Origin: Sedimentisphaerales bacterium
GTDB taxonomy: Bacteria; Planctomycetota; Phycisphaerae; Sedimentisphaerales; SM23-30
Assembly: GCA_963666285.1 (NCBI GenBank)
Contig: OY762711.1
Length of the DNA: 64,000 nt
Direction: 5' to 3' (one strand)
Shown here: piece by piece, positions 1 to 10,800 of the stretch
How positions within the stretch are numbered: position 1 is the stretch's first letter
How the letters are laid out: every line of letters begins with the position of its first letter
Translations under genes and position numbers: made by a program
Notes under the pieces: model-generated
The model's database searches: none
Seen by the model: only the letters and a program-made list of their open reading frames with translations
What the model was told of the DNA's origin: nothing

Positions 1-20
1 CTTCTCAATGTCAGTTTGAG

Positions 21-2162
21 TTATTTTGTCTTACTCCATACCGTTACTTCCGTTCTCGTATGCTGAAACTTCCTCTTGGTCTCTCGTATCACCATTTCCA
101 TCTCCACCGGTTCAGCTGCCATCTCAAAATGCTCTCCTAATATATCCCCCAATGCCTCCAGCGTCGTATACGGCTCGCCATCTTTCCGATACCCTCCCAG
201 CCAGTTCTCTTTCCCGGTAAACGCTTCATCCCATGAGTAGGGCGATGCTATTATCAGCAGCCCGCCCGGGTTGATCTGCTCATGTATCATCTCCAGGAAA
301 CGCTTCGGGTATGCCAGTCGGTCAATTAGATTACTCGCCAGAACCAGATCATACCCGGTATACAATGCCTTCAGATTACACGCATCCGCCTGGTATAGCT
401 CTACTCGTCTGGCTGCCTCTTCCAGGCCCAGCTCTGCCAGTTTCACTTCATGGTAGCTCTCCAGCTCGCCTTCCTCCAGCCTGGTATATCTCAGGTAGCC
501 TTCCTCTTTCAGCTCTACTCCCGGACGGATTATCCTCGCCGAAAAATCCAGACCTGTCACATTATCAAACTCTCTCGCCAGCTCAAAACTCACCCGTCCG
601 ACCGCACACCCGATATCCAGTGCCTTACCCTTGTGCTTGCCCGCCATCTGTTCCAGGCAGAATTCCGCTATTCGCTTCGGATAGCTTGCTACCCCGAAAT
701 ATTCCGCCCCAAAATGAAACTCGCAATATTGGGTAATAATCGGGTCACTCTCATAAACATCAGCCTTAACGACCGCCTCTGAATTACTTTCTATATATCG
801 CAGCCCGGCATGCTGGTAGAAATGCCGCCGGAACGCATACCGGCTGTCCCGGATAGCCTCGTTTCCGGTTGATATCCACGAGCCGCCTTTCATCAGGTTA
901 TGCCTGCCGTCAAATGTCGGTACCGAAAAATCATCATAGATCGGGTGAACCCTAAAGCCTCGATAACCAGTTATCGGCGTCTCTGTCCACTGCCACACAT
1001 TACCGACAATATCATAAAACTCGCCAAACGCAAATTTGTCAACCGCACACGACGAACTATAATATTCCAGGTTAATATTACCCGGTGCTTCTTCCCAGTA
1101 TGGCTGATCGGTTTCCATATGGCTGTCTCGCAGGTAGTACCATTCTTCCTCGGTCGGCAGTCGCAGCTTCTTACCTGTAGCCTCGCTTTTCCAGTTACAG
1201 AACGCCTTTGCTTCCAGCTGGTTTACCTCAACCGGCCAGTTCCACGGCATATCGACCTCTTCCGCCACACATCTCAGCTTATATCTTCCGCCTTCTTTTC
1301 GCCAGAATCGCGGCATATCCGACTTTTCATATTCCTTCCAGCTCCATCCTTCATCAGTCCAGTATTTCTGCTTTCCGTACCCGCCCGCCTCGATAAAATT
1401 CAGGTATTCTCTGTTACTTACCAGGTACTTACTCGCCTTGAATCTATTGATCTCTGCCTTATGGCTGCCGTATTCATTATCCCATCCATACAGCTCGTTA
1501 TCATCCTTACCCAGCATGATATCTCCCGATGCTATATATATAAGTTCATTTACCGGGGCTTCTCCCGCTTCAATGCATATCTCCCACAGCGGATGCTTTC
1601 TGACATGCTCCAGCGGTAGCTGCCTTATCAATACCGACGAGGTCTCTAGATGTATTCTGGAATGCTCGATCCCCATCAATATCGCCCACCACGGACTATC
1701 CCAGTCAATAGGCATCGTCAGCGGCATGTTTTTTATCAAACCGGCTACGAGTTCGCGTACCTTATCCCGATACGACTGCACCGCCTCAACTGCCGGCCAG
1801 TCATAATGCGACTCATCCAGATCGTCCCAGCTCATCTCATCTACACCCACCGCAAACATGGATTCAAACTTCGGATCAGTCCGCTTATCAATTACCTTTG
1901 CCATTAGCAGCTTATTCACATAAAACACCGCCGTATGGCCAAAATAGAATATCAGAGGATGACGCAGCGGATCTGCCCTCAGGTAAAACGTCTCATCATA
2001 ACGTAGCATCTCCAGCAATGCCTCATCTATATCAAAAGACTTTTGAAAATATGCCAATATCTCCCGACGCTTATCCTCGGCATCACCGCTATCAAGGATA
2101 ATTGTCTTTGTCTGACGTAAACTCAGATCAGTCCGCCACTTATCTGTTGGTCTTTCTCGCAT
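21..2162 (-). CDS. ovoA: 5-histidylcysteine sulfoxide synthase / methyltransferase (ovothiol biosynthesis OvoA)
   Basis: DinB-like N-terminus with HX3HXE iron motif (EHSRIHLE), FGE-sulfatase domain (GNVWQW, HPIYDDF, YAFRRHFYQHAG), C-terminal SAM methyltransferase (LDIGCAVGR). Confidence 0.93.
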   Translation of the reverse strand: MRERPTDKWRTDLSLRQTKTIILDSGDAEDKRREILAYFQKSFDIDEALLEMLRYDETFYLRADPLRHPLIFYFGHTAVFYVNKLLMAKVIDKRTDPKFESMFAVGVDEMSWDDLDESHYDWPAVEAVQSYRDKVRELVAGLIKNMPLTMPIDWDSPWWAILMGIEHSRIHLETSSVLIRQLPLEHVRKHPLWEICIEAGEAPVNELIYIASGDIMLGKDDNELYGWDNEYGSHKAEINRFKASKYLVSNREYLNFIEAGGYGKQKYWTDEGWSWKEYEKSDMPRFWRKEGGRYKLRCVAEEVDMPWNWPVEVNQLEAKAFCNWKSEATGKKLRLPTEEEWYYLRDSHMETDQPYWEEAPGNINLEYYSSSCAVDKFAFGEFYDIVGNVWQWTETPITGYRGFRVHPIYDDFSVPTFDGRHNLMKGGSWISTGNEAIRDSRYAFRRHFYQHAGLRYIESNSEAVVKADVYESDPIITQYCEFHFGAEYFGVASYPKRIAEFCLEQMAGKHKGKALDIGCAVGRVSFELAREFDNVTGLDFSARIIRPGVELKEEGYLRYTRLEEGELESYHEVKLAELGLEEAARRVELYQADACNLKALYTGYDLVLASNLIDRLAYPKRFLEMIHEQINPGGLLIIASPYSWDEAFTGKENWLGGYRKDGEPYTTLEALGDILGEHFEMAAEPVEMEMVIRETKRKFQHTRTEVTVWSKTK

Positions 2163-2374
2163 GCCTTATTCCCATTGTTGTTTTGATACTTTTATAATTT
2201 GAACAAATTCCATATGTTTTTATCATATTATTGACACCTGATACTAAACAAGTCAATGCCGTTTTTCAATATAAATTAACATTGATTTCACCTGAAGCTT
2301 TATTTATCATAGTTTTTGTCAGTGGCGGGTTGCTTGCCATTAATTATTGGTTAATTTTTTTTGCTGGGCTGTTT

Positions 2375-3532
2375 ATGAAATCAATTTTAATAATCTTGTT
2401 TATAATGGCTTTTGCTGTCAGTTATCCTTTAGCTCGAGTTGTAATTAATCAGCAGAAAGCTGGCATAGAAAATGACATTGCTGAAGAAAGAAAAAAGTCC
2501 TGGCAGCGTATTTTTGCTGATATCATAATGTTTTTACTAATCGCTTTTTCTTTTCTCCTGGTAATTGGTTCCATGGGAGCTTGGATTAATGCAAGAGGAA
2601 TGAATTCTTTTTCAACAGAACAATTTACTAATGGATTAATAGCGTACATGAATGAGCATGGTGGTAGCTATCCTGACTCAGAAAAGTGGTGCGATTTATT
2701 ATATGAATATGACTCTGGTGTTTTTCAGTATAATTTATTGCATGATAATGATACTGGTGATAATCTTACTCGTTTTATTCTAAACGATGAAGCTGTCAAA
2801 CTTGGTAAAGAAGCACCTTCTGATATGGTTATGCTTTTTCAAGGTGATCAGGGTTGGAATCAATCTGGTGGCCGGGAAATGATAAGTGATGAATACAATC
2901 ATCTTTATGTTGTGTTTGTTGATGGAAACTTCGATTATATTACAAATAAACAGGCCAAATTTCTGCGATGGAATATAAATGAACCTATAAATGATATTAA
3001 TCCAAACAAAATCATGTTGATAATTCCCGGTATTATCTTTGGTGTTTTATGTCTTTATATTATTTTTAACTTTCGATATTTAAAAGTTTCTGCCGATATT
3101 TTTAGTGTTATTATACCTGTTCCAGTGGTATTAGGAGCTGCTGGAGGTTTTGTCGCAGAAATTGCTTTTTATGCGACAACCCATGGTTATCCAAAACTGG
3201 TAGGGGTTTATTCCGGACTTATTTCAGCTCTGCTGCTAGCGATATGTTATATGTTGCATATTGTAAAAAACAAAGCAAAAGGCGAAGTAAAGTTTCATCT
3301 CTATCTACCTTGGGTCAGTGTCTTCACGGGTGTTCTATGCTCATCTCTTATCCATATGTATTTGATGTATAGTTATTATGTCAATGATTATTCTTACCTT
3401 ATTGTTGGATGTGGCTTCGGCTTTCTTGCCGGGTTGCTGGTATATATCTATCCTGATATCAATATCCTTAGACCACAGTATATCAAAAGCAGTTATAATG
3501 CCGAACGGGTAAGTTGTGAAGATGTTCAATAA
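2375..3532 (+). CDS. multi-pass membrane protein with central extracytoplasmic domain resembling the C-terminal part of planctomycete pilin-like (H-X9-DG type) proteins
   Basis: Hydrophobic helices at both ends; central YPDSEKWCDLL...GWNQSGG...YVVFVDG; ATG at 2375 preferred over upstream TTG. Confidence 0.6.
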   Translation: MKSILIILFIMAFAVSYPLARVVINQQKAGIENDIAEERKKSWQRIFADIIMFLLIAFSFLLVIGSMGAWINARGMNSFSTEQFTNGLIAYMNEHGGSYPDSEKWCDLLYEYDSGVFQYNLLHDNDTGDNLTRFILNDEAVKLGKEAPSDMVMLFQGDQGWNQSGGREMISDEYNHLYVVFVDGNFDYITNKQAKFLRWNINEPINDINPNKIMLIIPGIIFGVLCLYIIFNFRYLKVSADIFSVIIPVPVVLGAAGGFVAEIAFYATTHGYPKLVGVYSGLISALLLAICYMLHIVKNKAKGEVKFHLYLPWVSVFTGVLCSSLIHMYLMYSYYVNDYSYLIVGCGFGFLAGLLVYIYPDINILRPQYIKSSYNAERVSCEDVQ

Positions 3533-3602
3533 GCACGCCCCCGACACACTGAAAGTCAAACTGCAAACATGTGTAGATTTGCCTTGGGAAGATTAGAATT
3601 CA

Positions 3603-4121
3603 ATGAAATATAATTTTGACAACATGACTATTTCGTCAATGAGAGTAGATACACAAAACGAGCTTAAACATATCTTAAGTACAAATAAATATAGTTTTTC
3701 AATCTCTGATAATGAATATGCGACTAAATACACATTACTCAAAGTCAGGATAGATTGTAAAGCACATGTTGTCATATATTGCGGATTATTTTATGGCGGT
3801 TATACCCCGTTTGAACCAATGGTCATAAACCATCCAAACAATAACCACATTTGGCTTGCCATGGATAGTGCTGTATACATTGTTTCTTTTGACAAGTTAA
3901 AGGTTATCAAAGAGATTTCTGTACCGTTATATTGGGACGTAGTTATTGGAAATAAATATCCTCTCATTGTTGTTCATGAGCAGGGGGCGACAGCTTTAGG
4001 TAATGATGGCAATATAATGTGGTCTGTCGAAGGCAAAGATAAGCTAAATCATTTTGAAGTAGATAACGGCAATATAAAACTGACTTTTGGCAATGGAGAT
4101 ACGAAAATTCATGATATCTGA
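3603..4121 (+). CDS. hypothetical protein
   Basis: 172-aa AT-rich ORF with ATG start; no recognisable motif. Confidence 0.6.
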   Translation: MKYNFDNMTISSMRVDTQNELKHILSTNKYSFSISDNEYATKYTLLKVRIDCKAHVVIYCGLFYGGYTPFEPMVINHPNNNHIWLAMDSAVYIVSFDKLKVIKEISVPLYWDVVIGNKYPLIVVHEQGATALGNDGNIMWSVEGKDKLNHFEVDNGNIKLTFGNGDTKIHDI

Positions 4122-4217
4122 ATGGCGTGTTGATTCTTTTTGACTGTGCTGTTCTACCTGTATAACCATAATTTAAAACGTTGTCTTTTATGTTTGACTT
4201 TTTATTTAATATCATAG

Positions 4218-6248
4218 TTACTCCTGCCGATTTTTGCCGTATACGGCATAGAACAGCTCGTGTACTACCTCTTTCATCTGTTCGGCCTGTGCCGACAATT
4301 GTTCTGCTGCTGAGGCACTTTGTTCTGAATTGGCCGCATTTGCCTGGGTCGATTTTTCTATCTCAAACATGGCATTTCTTATCTGCTCGATGCTGCTTGT
4401 CTGCTCCTGGCAGGAAGAGTCAACCTCGCCCAGCAGGTTTGCCACTTTTCCAACTGATTCTGATATCTCGGTCAGGTTATGGTTAACTTCCTGGCATATG
4501 GTTACACCATTAGTGGAATTTGCCACAGATTCCTCGATCATCTGCGAGGTGTTTTTTGCCGCTTCTGCCGATCTCATCGCCAGGTTGCGAACTTCCTCTG
4601 CAACTACGGCAAATCCTTTTCCGGCCTCTCCGGCACGCGCAGCTTCTACTGCCGCATTCAGTGCCAGCAGATTAGTTTGAAACGCTATTTCATCTATTAC
4701 CTTTATGATCTTGGAAGTCTCTTCTGATGAATTCTGGATTCTTGCTATTGCATTATTCATTTTCTCCATAGAATCCGTACCGTTTTTAGCTGTTAATGTT
4801 GTTGACCCTGCCAGGCTGTTTGCTCCCTGGGTATTATCTGCATTCTGCCTCACCATATCAGACATCTCCTGGATATTGGCGGTTGTTTCCTCCAGCACCG
4901 ATGCCTGCTCTGTCGCACTTTCTGCTAATTGCTGAGATGCCGTCGAAACCTGGCCGGCTGCAGCATCAACCTGTTCCGAACCAGCCTCAAGCGACTCGAT
5001 TACATTCAGCAATGGTTTCGCTATCCGGCGGGCAAGATATGATGATATTATACTGCTGGCAATAGCCAGTACTATCAATATTGTCAGGAACAGCTTGCTG
5101 ATTTCAGAAAATATCCCTTTTATTGAGTCAAAACTGGTCGCCATAACGGTATGAGTGTCAGAATAGTCATTCTCGTATCCTTCTACTGCTATTATCCAGT
5201 CCCATGGCTCGTAATATGATATCGCCGTCACTACGGTCTGCGGCTCTTCGCCACCTGTTTTTTGGCTGTTGTGAATCTGCCAGTCGATCGGAATTGTTGT
5301 CCCGGTATGACCTTTCATTGTTATTGCTTTATTTACTATTTCTTCAATATACTGGTTGCCTTCTGCATCGTTTTTGCTTAATGCATCTGTCCCATCATGC
5401 TGGCCGCCTTTAGATATAATATATTTTCCCTTCTGATTTCCTGACCCTCCTAACACATAAACATGACCGCTCTTACCTACTGTTATATCCGTTATGCCGT
5501 TTCTCAGGCTGTTAACATTTTCCTGCTTCACTCCGACATAGAGCATCCCGACCAGCTCGCCCGATTCATCCTTTATCGGTTCGTATGCTGTTATATACCA
5601 CGCATTAACCACATAGGCTCTGCTGCGGTATGTTTCACCTTTAAGTACCGTCGAAATAACAGGGTTCGTCGTTCCATCTGGATTAGTCGCTGGTATAAAA
5701 GTACCAACTGCTCTTTTCTCGTCCAGCTTCTTTACATTAGTGCATACTCGCAGCATGTCACCTGCTTTATTCATTCGCTGGAATATGGTACAGGTTCCGC
5801 CGACCAGCTCCTGGGTTTTATCAACTATTGGCGACCTGGTTGACATATCAGTATTTTGCCCGAGCCACGTGCTGCCTACCAGCATCTTTGGCAGCTCCGT
5901 TTTTGCCGCATTTTTCGTATACTGGTTCACCGCGTTCCAGCTGACGGTTTCATCCGATAATGACACTTTCCCGGTATTTACCATGAGATCACGTGCAACA
6001 TTGAGATCGTAATTAACTTTCTGCTGTACCGCTTCATGGCCGGCTCTGCACAAATAATAAACATCTTTTGCTATTATTGAGGTAGATTGTTTTGCCGATT
6101 CCTGTTTAAGCTGCTCGCTTTTAACTGTGCCTGAGTTTATCGCATTGTGAATATCTTTCATCTTCACTGTCAATATAAACACTAGGCATAAACATGCAAG
6201 TATTAGCGGGCAAACAGAGTTAAGTAGTATTTTTCGTTGTAAAGACAT
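4218..6248 (-). CDS. methyl-accepting chemotaxis protein with Cache sensor domain
   Basis: Two TM helices, Cache_3/Cache_2-like [11 protein letters not shown]...AYEPI, MCP hairpin [37 protein letters not shown]. Confidence 0.95.
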   Translation of the reverse strand: MSLQRKILLNSVCPLILACLCLVFILTVKMKDIHNAINSGTVKSEQLKQESAKQSTSIIAKDVYYLCRAGHEAVQQKVNYDLNVARDLMVNTGKVSLSDETVSWNAVNQYTKNAAKTELPKMLVGSTWLGQNTDMSTRSPIVDKTQELVGGTCTIFQRMNKAGDMLRVCTNVKKLDEKRAVGTFIPATNPDGTTNPVISTVLKGETYRSRAYVVNAWYITAYEPIKDESGELVGMLYVGVKQENVNSLRNGITDITVGKSGHVYVLGGSGNQKGKYIISKGGQHDGTDALSKNDAEGNQYIEEIVNKAITMKGHTGTTIPIDWQIHNSQKTGGEEPQTVVTAISYYEPWDWIIAVEGYENDYSDTHTVMATSFDSIKGIFSEISKLFLTILIVLAIASSIISSYLARRIAKPLLNVIESLEAGSEQVDAAAGQVSTASQQLAESATEQASVLEETTANIQEMSDMVRQNADNTQGANSLAGSTTLTAKNGTDSMEKMNNAIARIQNSSEETSKIIKVIDEIAFQTNLLALNAAVEAARAGEAGKGFAVVAEEVRNLAMRSAEAAKNTSQMIEESVANSTNGVTICQEVNHNLTEISESVGKVANLLGEVDSSCQEQTSSIEQIRNAMFEIEKSTQANAANSEQSASAAEQLSAQAEQMKEVVHELFYAVYGKNRQE

Positions 6249-6842
6249 TTTGTACTCTCACTATTAAAAGGTGTATTAATAAAATAATTAGTAGCCTGGT
6301 ATAAAATGCGAAGCATGAACTGACTTCCAGTTCCTTGTCTTATATCGTTATAATTTCTTTGTACTTTTACAGGAATGCCGACTCAATAATCAGCTTGTTT
6401 TTTATATATTAAACCTATCCTTTTTGATTTCAATATCTTACTACTGTTTTATATTACATGTTTTTACTTATCTGCTTATATATTTCTTGATAAAGTATTT
6501 TTTATAGGACCTAAAATATAAGATGAAAACCAATTATATGCGGGGAATGCCTGTCCTCTTTTCAATCGAAAAGAAGTTACGCGGACAAGTGCATATACCT
6601 TCTAATCTGTTAAACTGAAAAAACTCGATAAGACTTGTTGTGACTGGAGCCAAGCAGCAGGCAGTTGTAAATTGAATGGGGTATCTATGCGTTAATCTTT
6701 CATCTGGAACAGACTCATTTCGCCCGTAGGGCAGGCTAATTCAGACGAAGGCAAATTATAATTATCCCGATTGTTGAGCGTAGCGAAATCCGGGTTCATC
6801 AGGAAGTCCTAACTTCGTTCATAGTATTTTTCTCTATACTTG

Positions 6843-9128
6843 TCATGTCCTGGCCGGCAGCCATACTGATATCGTTGTTCCGACTTCCGGTTTCGATTCA
6901 ACCTCAATTGCGCCATGATGGTTATTTACCACGATATTATAAACTATATCCATCCCCAGTCCCGTTCCTTCACCAGCCGGTTTGGTAGTAAACAGCGGCT
7001 CAAATACCTTATTCTTTACCTCTTCGCTCATCCCGCAGCCGTCATCCCGTATTTTAACTAATATGCCGTTATCTTTTGCGGTTACATCTATTGTCAGGGT
7101 GCCGCCATTTCCCATCGCATAAATGGAGTTTTGTATCAGGTTTGTCCATACCTGGTTGAGTTCATCCTGCGATCCTATTATCTCCGGAAGATCTCCGCCA
7201 TAATTCAGCTCAACGTTTATGAAATTCTTTGTTGAATTCTGGAATAGCAGCAATACATTATCCAGGCACATACGAATATCAACCGGCTTGAACGGCAGTT
7301 GCTTACCCTGGTCATCTGTATCTTTCCTGATATACTGCTTCAGGGCATTTACTATCTTAGATGCCTTACTTACCGCAATTGCGATTGTGTCGCATGCTGT
7401 AATTGAATTAATTATTTCTGATAATATTCCCAGCTTTTCCAGGACATCTTCATGCCGCAGGGCAGGAACCAGCGGCTCTATATTATCGTAGATCTTCATA
7501 CTTATCAGTTTATTACTTATCTCGTATGCATTTGGCACATTAAACTTTTCGAGTGTAGCTGTTATCTCTTCGCAGAGCTTTCTTCTCTCTCTTGTTGTAA
7601 GGGTCACACTGCTGGCACAGCTGCTGAAGCTCTTTTCAAGTATTCTGCCAAATTGCACGCCAAAAGGAGATTTCAGAAATCCTGCCAGTTTATCAATATT
7701 CACAGTTATCTTTTGTAAGTTATTCAGCAAAATTTCATTCGAAGCATCTATCGCTCCCAGCGGGTTATTAATCTCATGTGCTATCCCGGATATCAAATGT
7801 CTCAACGCTCCCATCTTCTCAAATAATATCAGCTGACTTTGTGTCTTCTGTAAGATTGAAAGTGTTTCTTCCAGCTCGTTTGTCCTGTCTTTTACCAGCT
7901 GCTCCAGGTTCTCTCTGTATTTCGTAAGCTCGGCTTCGGCTTCCTTAAACGCTGTTATATCCTGCAGTGTGCCGTTTATTGCCGTACATACGCCGTTTAC
8001 CATGGTTCGCTGACCGATCGCTCTGCACCATTTTACATTACCTTTTTGGGTGGTAAATTGTGCTTCATATTCCATCTGCCCGCCGTTTTCTATCAGGTCA
8101 TTAATCTTTTTAGCTACAAAATCTCTGTACTCCGGCAGATAGTATTGAATATGGTCATTAGACCCGGGTATCGACTGGTCGTATTCAAATTCTGCAATAT
8201 CATATACTCCCTTGGTCCAACTGGACCTGCCTGTAACCATATCAATTTCCCAGCCGCCGATCTTGGCTATCTTACCTACGGCATTAAGAAGCAGCTCTGC
8301 CTGCTTTCTTTTGGTGATATCTGTGTGAGTACCAAGTATTCTTACCGGGCTGCCGGTACCGTCTTTCTCGACTATCATCCCTCTCACCAGTATCCAGGCA
8401 TACGTTCCGTCCTTGCGACGCATCTCAAATTCATAATTCCACCTGGCATTCGCATTGATCGCTTCCCAGACGCCTTTTTCAACATAATCTCGATTTTCGG
8501 GACGAAGCAGGCTTATCCATGTGTCATATGTATGCGGCAATTCGTCCGGTTCATAACCTAGCATTGTAAACCATCTGTCGCTATATGTGATCTTTTGCTC
8601 TTTTACATTGAAATCAAAAAAACCATCGTTAGATGCTTTCAGTACCAGCCTGTGTTGCAGGGTTATTTCTCTAAGGTTATTTTCTGTTTCTTTTCTTTCT
8701 TTTATTTCTTCAAGCAGTTGCAGGGTACGCTGGTCAAGGCTCTGTTCTATACTTTCCTGGTGTTTCTGGTTTAGTCTCCTTTGATATCTTTCTTCCAGGA
8801 TTACACCGACAGCAAAGAAAAAGTTGTTAATATAATCCTGGTATGGTGAAAATTTGTCATGATCATCAATTTTCAGCAAAAACACTCCGTGGTCTTTTTC
8901 CTGGACTGATAGCGGAAATCTTACCATGTTTTCAGGAGTTATCTCTGTCTGGTGTGATTGATAGTCGCATTCGCCTATTCCCGGCAAATCGGTTATACCT
9001 TTGTTCACAAAGTTTATAATGGAATCTTTTGTCGGCAGGTTATATAGAACGCTCTGCATGAGAAGCAGCTGGCCCAGCCACTTCGCTTCAAGTTTTATCT
9101 CTGTATCGCTGTTAGTTTCAATAGACAT
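6843..9128 (-). CDS. PAS-domain sensor histidine kinase (cytoplasmic)
   Basis: Two PAS/PAC domains, H-box GIAHEINNPL, N-box NQVWTNLIQN, G-boxes DDGCG, FTTK, GTGLG. Confidence 0.93.
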   Translation of the reverse strand: MSIETNSDTEIKLEAKWLGQLLLMQSVLYNLPTKDSIINFVNKGITDLPGIGECDYQSHQTEITPENMVRFPLSVQEKDHGVFLLKIDDHDKFSPYQDYINNFFFAVGVILEERYQRRLNQKHQESIEQSLDQRTLQLLEEIKERKETENNLREITLQHRLVLKASNDGFFDFNVKEQKITYSDRWFTMLGYEPDELPHTYDTWISLLRPENRDYVEKGVWEAINANARWNYEFEMRRKDGTYAWILVRGMIVEKDGTGSPVRILGTHTDITKRKQAELLLNAVGKIAKIGGWEIDMVTGRSSWTKGVYDIAEFEYDQSIPGSNDHIQYYLPEYRDFVAKKINDLIENGGQMEYEAQFTTQKGNVKWCRAIGQRTMVNGVCTAINGTLQDITAFKEAEAELTKYRENLEQLVKDRTNELEETLSILQKTQSQLILFEKMGALRHLISGIAHEINNPLGAIDASNEILLNNLQKITVNIDKLAGFLKSPFGVQFGRILEKSFSSCASSVTLTTRERRKLCEEITATLEKFNVPNAYEISNKLISMKIYDNIEPLVPALRHEDVLEKLGILSEIINSITACDTIAIAVSKASKIVNALKQYIRKDTDDQGKQLPFKPVDIRMCLDNVLLLFQNSTKNFINVELNYGGDLPEIIGSQDELNQVWTNLIQNSIYAMGNGGTLTIDVTAKDNGILVKIRDDGCGMSEEVKNKVFEPLFTTKPAGEGTGLGMDIVYNIVVNNHHGAIEVESKPEVGTTISVWLPART

Positions 9129-9769
9129 TATGCCTTACCAATTTCCTTTAGGTATTCTTCCGGTTTCATATAGAATGGATTTGAGACAACCCGTCCTTTT
9201 ATTATCATAAATGGGTGGACTTTCAGGATGTCCATAACCAATGCGCCGTCAAATGTGTTCGCGTCATACTGACATACCGCGGTTACCGGGCATCTCTTCA
9301 GTAGCATACTTACTTTCGATTCATATTCCAGCAGCCGTTCTCCGCCTTTTATATGTTGTATTTCCGTTGTCATTTCTCCAATTACTCTGGCGCCGCTAAA
9401 ATTCATTTCCTGGCTTTCTTTATGAAATTTCTCCAGCAGGTTAAGCATTCTGTCCGGCTCGAAGCAGTCATGGTCGAAATAGACATCTCCTGTTCTTGCA
9501 TGAACCAGCCTGCCTTGTTCCTTTACTTCCTCCAGCGATATTCCATATTGTTCCAGGTAGTAAGAAAAAATCTTATCGTTGACCTTTTCTGAGAAACAGC
9601 TTACCCGTTCGCCTGATTTCAGACCTGAATATACAAACTGCAGCAATGCTTCTTCGCGTTCCTCATCACTGTTGAATATCTGGCATGCATGTACGCCCGG
9701 CCGAAACTTCTGGTCGGTAAAACCCAGATTGATGTTATGATCACATGTTTGAGCCATTTGTTTCCCCAA
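9128..9769 (-). CDS. stand-alone MEDS-domain protein
   Basis: HACQIF...GL..GE, GARVIGEM, YESKV, AVCQYD, ILKVHP, NPFY; stop overlaps the kinase start (TAATG). Confidence 0.85.
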   Translation of the reverse strand: MGKQMAQTCDHNINLGFTDQKFRPGVHACQIFNSDEEREEALLQFVYSGLKSGERVSCFSEKVNDKIFSYYLEQYGISLEEVKEQGRLVHARTGDVYFDHDCFEPDRMLNLLEKFHKESQEMNFSGARVIGEMTTEIQHIKGGERLLEYESKVSMLLKRCPVTAVCQYDANTFDGALVMDILKVHPFMIIKGRVVSNPFYMKPEEYLKEIGKA

Positions 9770-10243
9770 TATCTGTTTTTTTTGCTAATGCGTACATTTT
9801 TATAATCGCCATTATTCTAATACTAAATTACCTGTATGAAGCAATATTTACTGAATTTTGGGTAACTCAATGTAATTACTAGATTTATATGTGCTAGCAA
9901 GAACATGCTGCACAAAGACAAAACAAGAATGTCTAACAAAAGTATATATCTTTATCTCTTCAGATGCAAGCCTGTAGAATAATATCAATGATTTGTGAAT
10001 GTTCGGGTTTACTAAAGAATTATCTTAAAGTTGGTTCAAATATGAATTGCATGTGCAAAGTATATCTATTCTGATATTATGAATGATTGGAGTCTAAACT
10101 TTCTATGTTAAGATATTGTCATCTATTATTAGATTGATAACTATCAATCATACTGGCTCATTCCAAATCGCATGTTTTTCCCTGATTTCTCCAGGTGCAA
10201 TTCGTCTTCAGGCAAAGTTTGGTCAGATCCGGGTAAGGCCAAT

Positions 10244-10278
10244 AAAAAAAGCCCCATCCAACTTAATGAACGGGGCTT
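10244..10278 (-). terminator. intrinsic terminator of the hydrogenase operon
   Basis: AAGCCCC/GGGGCTT stem followed by U7 on the minus strand. Confidence 0.7.
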
Positions 10279-10377
10279 ATATATTCTAAAGTTCAGCCGG
10301 GCAGACTATTTGCGGTTTCGAATATACCGCCCGTTAATCTTTCCAGTTGAATTCATCTCCGGGAGAAGCGAGGCTGG

Positions 10378-10743
10378 TTAGGCAAAAATCTTATTTAACT
10401 CTGCCTTAACCTGCTCGTAACGTACCGGCTTGATCAGGATCGTATCAGCTTTAGTCCAGCTCTGCTCTTCATCTGTCATAGAGTCAAACTCGATACAGCT
10501 TGTCATTATGACATGTGTATCTGCACTCTTCTGCTTGATATGATAAGCCAGTGTAAAGCCTGAATCAGCATGTTCCATCTTCAGGCTGAGAATAGCTACG
10601 TCAAAAACCTGCTGAGCCAGCTTAGCGTCTGCATCGGCTCTGTTCTCGGCAGTTACAACTTTATAACCGTCGGCGACCAGTTTCGGCTCTGTTTCAGCTA
10701 CGAACTGAGTATCGCAATCGACTAGTAATATTGTCTTACTCAT
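10378..10743 (-). CDS. single-domain response-regulator receiver (atypical)
   Basis: CheY-like pattern ILLVD, VIMTS, IKPV; phospho-acceptor position reads AILSLKM. Confidence 0.8.
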   Translation of the reverse strand: MSKTILLVDCDTQFVAETEPKLVADGYKVVTAENRADADAKLAQQVFDVAILSLKMEHADSGFTLAYHIKQKSADTHVIMTSCIEFDSMTDEEQSWTKADTILIKPVRYEQVKAELNKIFA

Positions 10744-10800
10744 TTATTTTATTCCTTATTTTTAAGAATTTACTTTTATTTAGTTCTTTTTCTTGCTGTC

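Noticed and set aside
6337..6370. Sigma28-like promoter for the MCP (TAAA-N16-AACGATAT, minus strand)
   Set aside because: Spacing and -10 both deviate from consensus in AT-rich DNA; plausible but unsupported
6690..6815. Possible hammerhead ribozyme on the minus strand (CTGATGA ... GAAA)
   Set aside because: The stem after CTGATGA is not followed directly by GAAA and stems I/III cannot be built; looks like REP-type hairpins
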